Below, in pieces: positions 58,423 to 64,000 of a stretch of DNA of 64,000 nucleotides. Source of the stretch: an uncultured archaeon (GTDB taxonomy: Archaea > Asgardarchaeota > Thorarchaeia > Thorarchaeales > Thorarchaeaceae); the NCBI GenBank assembly GCA_964458565.1, contig CAYWJO010000013.1, positions 1 through 64,000 of the forward strand. The letters are read 5' to 3'. Both the position numbers and the translations under genes were made by a program. The notes beneath the pieces were generated by a model. That model had not been told where the DNA came from and ran no database searches. It saw only the letters and a program-made list of their open reading frames with translations. Every line of letters starts with the position of its first letter. Within the stretch, counting starts at the first letter, position 1.

Positions 58423-61400
58423 CTATGCTACGATTCTCACAGGTTTCAGGTTCACTATCTTGTGTTCACCCTCGATATTGTCATACTCCAACATTCCCAC
58501 GAGCTCACCCTCTGCGCCAGGTTGTAGTTCAAACATAATCTCAACAACCGAGAGCCCTCCTGCATCCACCAGACCAATGTTCTCACTCTTGATGGTATCT
58601 GTTAGGTCTGGAACACCGAGGGTAACTTGCACGTTCTGCATTGCATTCACTGAACCATTTCGAATGACTACACCAAAGATCACCTTTCCTTCACGAATCT
58701 TGTATTCGACTGCAATATCCATGCCCGATTCTAATCCTGGGCTTGCTGGTTCTGCTCCTGTCACGTACTCTCTAGTGGCCATACGCACGCGTATACGTTT
58801 GTACACAATAGCACCTAGGAATGCGAGGATTGCGAAACCCGCCGCTGGGAATATCCAATGCACTGTTGGTTGAAAGTCCATTCCGTCTATGAGGAAATCA
58901 CCATCGGTGTCTGCTATTAGGGGATTGCTGCCAACAATGAATATCTCTGTGTAATCATCTAAACCATCGAGATCAGTATCAGAACTATTTGCCAAAGTTC
59001 CGTAAGTAAGATACTCTCTACCATCGATTATGCCATCACTATCGGTATCATTGTTATTTGCATCAGTTCCAAGAACAAATAGTTCGAAGTAATCGTCCAA
59101 GAGGTCATCATCCGTATCTTCTAGAATAGGGCTAGTTGTACCATCAATCTCTTCTAGATCTGATAGTCCGTCACCATCAGTGTCGCTATTATTGATATCA
59201 GTTCCATAGACCATTACTTCATCGTAGTCTAAGACCCCATCACTATCACTGTCATTTGATGATGCGTTGGAGAAGTACAAGAATATCTCATCATAATCTC
59301 CTAGGTTATCGGAATCAGTGTCATCTGTTATCGGTGAGGTATGGTATGTGTCCACTTCTGTACCGTCAAGAATACCGTCCATGTCAGAATCCGGATTCAA
59401 TGGGTTTGAACCCCATTCAATCTCTTGACCATCCAGAAGATCATCATTATCACTGTCCTTATCGTCTGGACTTGTGCCATAGGTTCTGAGTTCCTCAAGA
59501 TTTCCTAACCCGTCTGAATCAGAGTCCCATAAAGAGTCGAGAATCAAAGTCCCATTAGGAGCTGAGAAGGTGCGTTGTCTCGTAGGGTTAGTGCCTGTGA
59601 GTTCAACTTCCTCCCAATCTGTCAATTGGTCCGCATCAGTATCAACGTTCGTCGCATTAGAGCCAAGGTCGTTAATTTCACGTCCATCGTTCAGACCATC
59701 GAGGTCCGTATCTTCAGCAAGAGGGTCTGTCCCGTATTCCATAATCTCGTCATAATCATTAACATCATCTGAATCTGTGTCTTCCTCAAGTGGATTAGTC
59801 CCATAGACGTGAACCTCTTCATCATTGGTCAGTTCATCGCCATCCTCATCGTCATTCAGGTCGGATACTCCATCGTCATCCGAATCTTTGTCTCGAGGGT
59901 CAGTTTCAGTAAGGACACATTCCTCATAGTTCGTGAGTAGGTCTCTATCCTCATCATCCAGACCATCAATCACCCCATCTCCATCTGAATCTGCTAGTGT
60001 TGCATTTGTCTTTGTGAGAACAATCTCCTGATAGTTGGAGAGGAAGTCATTGTCCTGGTCCCAATCTGCATCAGAGACCCCATTACCTTGAGTGCTGTAG
60101 AGGCGTGGGTTTGTATGAGTCTGATTTACCTCTTGGAAATCTGTGAGATCATCTCCATCTGAATCTTTTTTGAGCGGGAGTGTGTTAAGCGCTATCTCCT
60201 GTCCATCTAGGAGTAAATCTCCGTCTGAATCCTCCTCAAGCGGGTCTGTATTGTAGAAATTAAGTTCATCTCCATCACTCAGCCCATCGTAATCAGTATC
60301 ATTGTTGAGTGCATTGGTTTCAAAGACCTTGATTTCATCATAATCGCTTACGTCATCATTATCAGTATCTGTACTGTTCAAGAAGGTGTGGAACGTGTAG
60401 GCTTCTTCACCGTCTTCTAATAAATCTCCATCAGTGTCTCTTTCATTTGGATTACTAAAGAAGTAAAATAGCTCATCCCAATCGCTAATGGTGTCCTCAT
60501 CAGTATCCCAGAGAGTTGGATCCGTATCGGAGATGTGCACCTCGTAATAGTCTGATAGCCAATCCCCATCTGTATCAATGAGTGTGCAGTTTGTTTCATA
60601 GCGATAGGTTTCATTGAAGTTGCTTAGTCCGTCTCCGTCCTCATCATCTAACCAATCCGGGATGGAATCTCCGTCTGTATCGTATAGGTTAGGATCCGTG
60701 TGACTGTTCCATAACTCATCATTGTCTGCTAGAAAGTCGTCATCAGTATCCTCATCGATTGGTGAAGTGTTATAGATGTATATCTCATCGTAATCGTTAA
60801 GATTATCAAAGTCAGAATCTGGATTCTCCGGATCTGTCCCCTCCTCAATCTCTTCTTTGTCATTCAGTCCATCATCGTCTGAATCGCTATCTAGTGGGTC
60901 TGTGTCGTAGATTCTCCATTCTTCGTAATCACTCAATCCATCACCATCAGTGTCATTGTTTAGAGGATCTGTGCCTAAATCCAATTCTCTTCCATCATTG
61001 ATGAAATCTGAGTCAGTATCCGCTTTAGTTGGGTCTGTGCCATAGTCATTCACCTCTTGCCCATCTTCGAGGAGGTCTCCATCTGTATCCCAATCTGTTG
61101 GTGAGGTGAGAGATACATATACCTCATAATAATCATCTAATCCGTCTGAATCAGAATCAGTACCTGTCGGATCGCTGTGCCAAATCCAATACTCATCATA
61201 ATCATTGACGCCATCATCGTCTGTATCCTGATCGAGCGGCGAGGAACCACATACGTTTACTTCTAGACCGTCTCCGAGTTCGTCACCGTCAGAATCCCAC
61301 CACGTTACATTAGTCAGCCATCCGTAAATCTCAAGGCCATCTGAGAGATTATCTCCATCAAAGTCCAGATCATAATCAGAAGTCCCATTCAAATAAGTAC

Positions 61401-63999
61401 TGTATCTGCTTGCGTTATACCCTAGCAGGTCTATCTCATAGTTATCATGCAGCAAATCGAGGTCAGTATCCATTCTAGTTGGGTCTGTTCTCTCCTCCCA
61501 TTCTTCAAAGTCTGTGAGAGTATCTCCATCTGTGTCTGTTTTGTTCGGCATTGTTGTTACCCACACAGTCTGGAGACCAGTTGGACCAAGGTATTGTACC
61601 TGCCACCCAGCTACCTCGAATCCATCACTGAGATTATCGTCATCAGAATCCATATCTCCAGGTGATGTATCATAAATGTCAATTTCTTCACCATTTGATA
61701 ATCCGTCCCCATCAGAATCGTAGTCATAGTCGAGGAACGGTGAGTAGGTCATGTTTGTTGTTGGATCAGTTTCAGTGATCTCCACTTCTGTGTAATCATC
61801 TAGACCATCTGAATCAGTGTCTTTGAGAAGTGGGTTCGAGCCGTGGTCATTCACTTCAGGTCCATCCATAAGCCCATCGCCATCAGTATCTGGATCTAGA
61901 GGATCTGTACCCCAAACTAGTACTTCTAGTCCGTCAAGCAACTCATCAGAGTCGGTATCATCATTATTCGGATCGGTTTCACCAATGTCAATGATTCCGT
62001 CTGCATCGATGTCCTCACCGTATTCAGAGGGATCATAGATACCGTTGACAGTTGTATCATGCCATCCATCATAGAGCCCATCCTCATCAGTATCGACATT
62101 TGTTGCATTGAGCCCCATCTGAATCTCAAGTCCATCGCGAATCATATCCCCATCTGTGTCTCGATTTGTAGGATCTGTGTGATAGGTCCGTATCTCATCC
62201 ACATTTGAGAGGCCATCGTTGTCACGATCGTCATCAGCATCTAGGATTCCATCATCATCAGAATCTGCATCCAGCGCATCAGTGCCGACCTCGTTGATTT
62301 CCTCCCCATCAGTCAAACCATCTGCGTCAGTATCTGCTACCTGAGGATCGGTTCCTGCAAGGAACTCGCCCTGATTATTCAAGTCATCTGCGTCAGGGTC
62401 CTCTTCCCAGTCAAAGTCACCATTATCATTGGTATCATTATAGAGCGGGTCGGTCTCGGACTCGAAGATCTCAAACCAGTTAGGCAATTTGTCTCCGTCT
62501 GAGTCATAGTTGTAGTCATCAGGTTCTGTTATACCATGTGAGAAGGCATTGAGTGGGTCCGTTTCTGTGATGTAGAGCTCGATACCATTGCTCAAGTCAT
62601 CATTATCGAAATCCTCATCATAATCGCTTATTGAGTCATCATCAGTATCATCATCATTAGGGGAAGTTCCTAAGACAAGCCATTCATCCCCATCTTTGAC
62701 ACCATCATCATCAGAATCAGGGTCTCTTGGTAAAGTCAATGTAACGTGTATCTCATCATAATTGATGATTCCATCAAGGTCGGAGTCTTCAATATCGTCA
62801 TTGGTTCCATCAAGATCCGAATCCGCCTCTGCTGGATTGGTCCTGGTGAGATAAATTTCCTCACCATTTGTTAAATTATCTGAATCATAATCCCAAATGT
62901 AATCATTGGTGGTATTTGTAGGATCGAATGTATACGCGTCTGTTGGGTCAAATAGAGGCAGTCTGTTGATCTCATCCTTATCGAAGATTCCATCGCCATC
63001 AGTATCCTTGAGATTTGGATTGGTATGATATTGGAGAACCTCAAGTCCATCTGAAACACCATCTTTGTCAGTGTCACTCAGGGTTGCGTTTGTACCGATG
63101 GTCATGATCTCATCATAATCAGAAAGATTGTCAAGATCAGTATCGTTTGAATTCGGGTCTGTCTTCCAAACCTTTACTTCAGGACCATCTAAGAGGCCAT
63201 CAAAATCGCTATCATTGTAAGTCGCATTAGTATAGTACACATTGATCTCATCTGCATCATTGAGCCCGTCAGAGTCTGTGTCCTTCAAGTTAACATTTGT
63301 CCCATAAATGACATACTCATCGTAATCACTGAGAGTATCCTCATCAGAATCAGCAAGTCGTGGATTCGAACCAACAATCATAACTTCTTCGTAATCGCTG
63401 AGCTGATCATTATCTGTATCCGAGTCAGTTGGCGAGGTCTTGTAAATTTTAACCTCCGCCCCATCAAGCAATAGGTCGTCATCGGAATCGGGGTCATGAA
63501 CATCACTTCCAACGCTTATCTCCTTCCAGTTCGCGAGGTTGTCTCCGTCCTCATCGTCATAATAGTCTGTGACGCCGTTATTATTCGTGTCAACGTCATT
63601 CGGGTCGGTCTCAGTGATTCTGACCTCTTGCAGATTTGTCAGGCCATCTCCATCATTATCATCCTGTCCATCATCGATGCCATTGTCATCCGAATCTGCA
63701 ACAAGTGGATCTGTGAGTGTGATATTGTTCTCTTCGTAGTCTGTGAGAACATCTTGATCTGTATCTTCATTGTTAGGATCTGTCCCGAGAAAGACCTCTT
63801 GCCAGTCTGTGAGGTCATCATTGTCGCTGTCAACATCATTGGGATCAGTTCCGTAAGTTTTGACCTCTGCAAAGTCTGACAGCTTATCATCATCGGAATC
63901 TTTGTCTAATGGGTCTGTTCCATAAGTAAGAATTTCTTCCCCGTCACTAAGCCGGTCTCGGTCGGTGTCAAAGTCATTGTAGAGGGTTCCCTCAAGTAG
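58423..63999 (-). CDS. Giant acidic Ca-binding (TSP3-like) repeat surface protein, truncated by the window end
   Basis: Dozens of T[DN]P...D[TS]DxDG[LI]xDxxE repeats. The frame continues upstream of 63471 with the same repeats to the window edge. C-terminal TM plus a ~120-aa beta domain. Confidence 0.92.
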   Translation of the reverse strand, partial: LLEGTLYNDFDTDRDRLSDGEEILTYGTDPLDKDSDDDKLSDFAEVKTYGTDPNDVDSDNDDLTDWQEVFLGTDPNNEDTDQDVLTDYEENNITLTDPLVADSDDNGIDDGQDDNDGDGLTNLQEVRITETDPNDVDTNNNGVTDYYDDEDGDNLANWKEISVGSDVHDPDSDDDLLLDGAEVKIYKTSPTDSDTDNDQLSDYEEVMIVGSNPRLADSDEDTLSDYDEYVIYGTNVNLKDTDSDGLNDADEINVYYTNATYNDSDFDGLLDGPEVKVWKTDPNSNDTDLDNLSDYDEIMTIGTNATLSDTDKDGVSDGLEVLQYHTNPNLKDTDGDGIFDKDEINRLPLFDPTDAYTFDPTNTTNDYIWDYDSDNLTNGEEIYLTRTNPAEADSDLDGTNDDIEDSDLDGIINYDEIHVTLTLPRDPDSDDDGVKDGDEWLVLGTSPNDDDTDDDSISDYDEDFDNDDLSNGIELYITETDPLNAFSHGITEPDDYNYDSDGDKLPNWFEIFESETDPLYNDTNDNGDFDWEEDPDADDLNNQGEFLAGTDPQVADTDADGLTDGEEINEVGTDALDADSDDDGILDADDDRDNDGLSNVDEIRTYHTDPTNRDTDGDMIRDGLEIQMGLNATNVDTDEDGLYDGWHDTTVNGIYDPSEYGEDIDADGIIDIGETDPNNDDTDSDELLDGLEVLVWGTDPLDPDTDGDGLMDGPEVNDHGSNPLLKDTDSDGLDDYTEVEITETDPTTNMTYSPFLDYDYDSDGDGLSNGEEIDIYDTSPGDMDSDDDNLSDGFEVAGWQVQYLGPTGLQTVWVTTMPNKTDTDGDTLTDFEEWEERTDPTRMDTDLDLLHDNYEIDLLGYNASRYSTYLNGTSDYDLDFDGDNLSDGLEIYGWLTNVTWWDSDGDELGDGLEVNVCGSSPLDQDTDDDGVNDYDEYWIWHSDPTGTDSDSDGLDDYYEVYVSLTSPTDWDTDGDLLEDGQEVNDYGTDPTKADTDSDFINDGRELDLGTDPLNNDTDGDGLSDYEEWRIYDTDPLDSDSDDDGLNDKEEIEEGTDPENPDSDFDNLNDYDEIYIYNTSPIDEDTDDDFLADNDELWNSHTDPNLYDTDGDSIPDWLDDEDGDGLSNFNETYRYETNCTLIDTDGDWLSDYYEVHISDTDPTLWDTDEDTISDWDELFYFFSNPNERDTDGDLLEDGEEAYTFHTFLNSTDTDNDDVSDYDEIKVFETNALNNDTDYDGLSDGDELNFYNTDPLEEDSDGDLLLDGQEIALNTLPLKKDSDGDDLTDFQEVNQTHTNPRLYSTQGNGVSDADWDQDNDFLSNYQEIVLTKTNATLADSDGDGVIDGLDDEDRDLLTNYEECVLTETDPRDKDSDDDGVSDLNDDEDGDELTNDEEVHVYGTNPLEEDTDSDDVNDYDEIMEYGTDPLAEDTDLDGLNDGREINDLGSNATNVDTDADQLTDWEEVELTGTNPTRQRTFSAPNGTLILDSLWDSDSDGLGNLEELRTYGTSPDDKDSDNDDLLDGQEIEWGSNPLNPDSDMDGILDGTEVDTYHTSPITDDTDSDNLGDYDEIFLYFSNASSNDSDSDGVLDYDEVMVYGTDINNSDTDGDGLSDLEEIDGTTSPILEDTDDDLLDDYFELFVLGTDANNNDTDSDGIIDGREYLTYGTLANSSDTDLDGLDDYTEIFIVGSNPLIADTDGDFLIDGMDFQPTVHWIFPAAGFAILAFLGAIVYKRIRVRMATREYVTGAEPASPGLESGMDIAVEYKIREGKVIFGVVIRNGSVNAMQNVQVTLGVPDLTDTIKSENIGLVDAGGLSVVEIMFELQPGAEGELVGMLEYDNIEGEHKIVNLKPVRIVA

Positions 64000-64000
64000 A

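Noticed and set aside
63496-63893. ORFs 63496..63879 (+) and 63639..63893 (-), suggesting a frameshift in the giant gene
   Set aside because: The giant protein's own frame continues with the same repeats, so these are shadow ORFs.
58423-64000. Repetitive DNA that might be a CRISPR array or satellite
   Set aside because: The repeats are degenerate and codon-phased, with no identical direct repeats and unique spacers.

Overview
A gene-dense, AT-rich archaeal window. The best inference is an Asgard archaeon, probably Thorarchaeota-like, based on a Rab-like small GTPase, an SCP2 lipid carrier, tandem-domain Lrp regulators, several TPR proteins, tungsten AOR and GAGGTGA/GGGGTGA ribosome-binding sites. 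No rRNA, tRNA, CRISPR array or transposase was found. The left two-thirds is mainly metabolic: a form IV RuBisCO-like gene divergent from fhs-folD-FTCD, a lipoate ligase, an ABC exporter, an SCP2/FabK-like/ADH/AOR/PAP2 cluster, and M3 and M14 peptidases. The most notable region is about 42.4-52.4 kb, a candidate peptide-signalling system bracketed by two ribbon-helix-helix genes, one of which is missing from the ORF track. It holds two paralogous Lrp-type regulators, each followed by a near-identical promoter (28/38 nt ungapped). Promoter A precedes a secreted 100-aa precursor with three QVV[D/E]YRID[E/T]P cores. Promoter B precedes a ~125-nt structured non-coding segment with an anti-Shine-Dalgarno tract that is 18/20 complementary to the RBS of an M14 carboxypeptidase in the window. 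Adjacent genes encode a membrane-anchored gingipain-like C25 protease, a Cys/His repeat protein and a TPR protein. The window ends inside a giant (>1850 aa) acidic Ca-binding repeat surface protein with a cytoplasmic Ig-like, possibly adaptin-ear-like, tail. Three genes appear to start at ATT or ATA. Family calls come from motif recognition by eye; no database searches were run.
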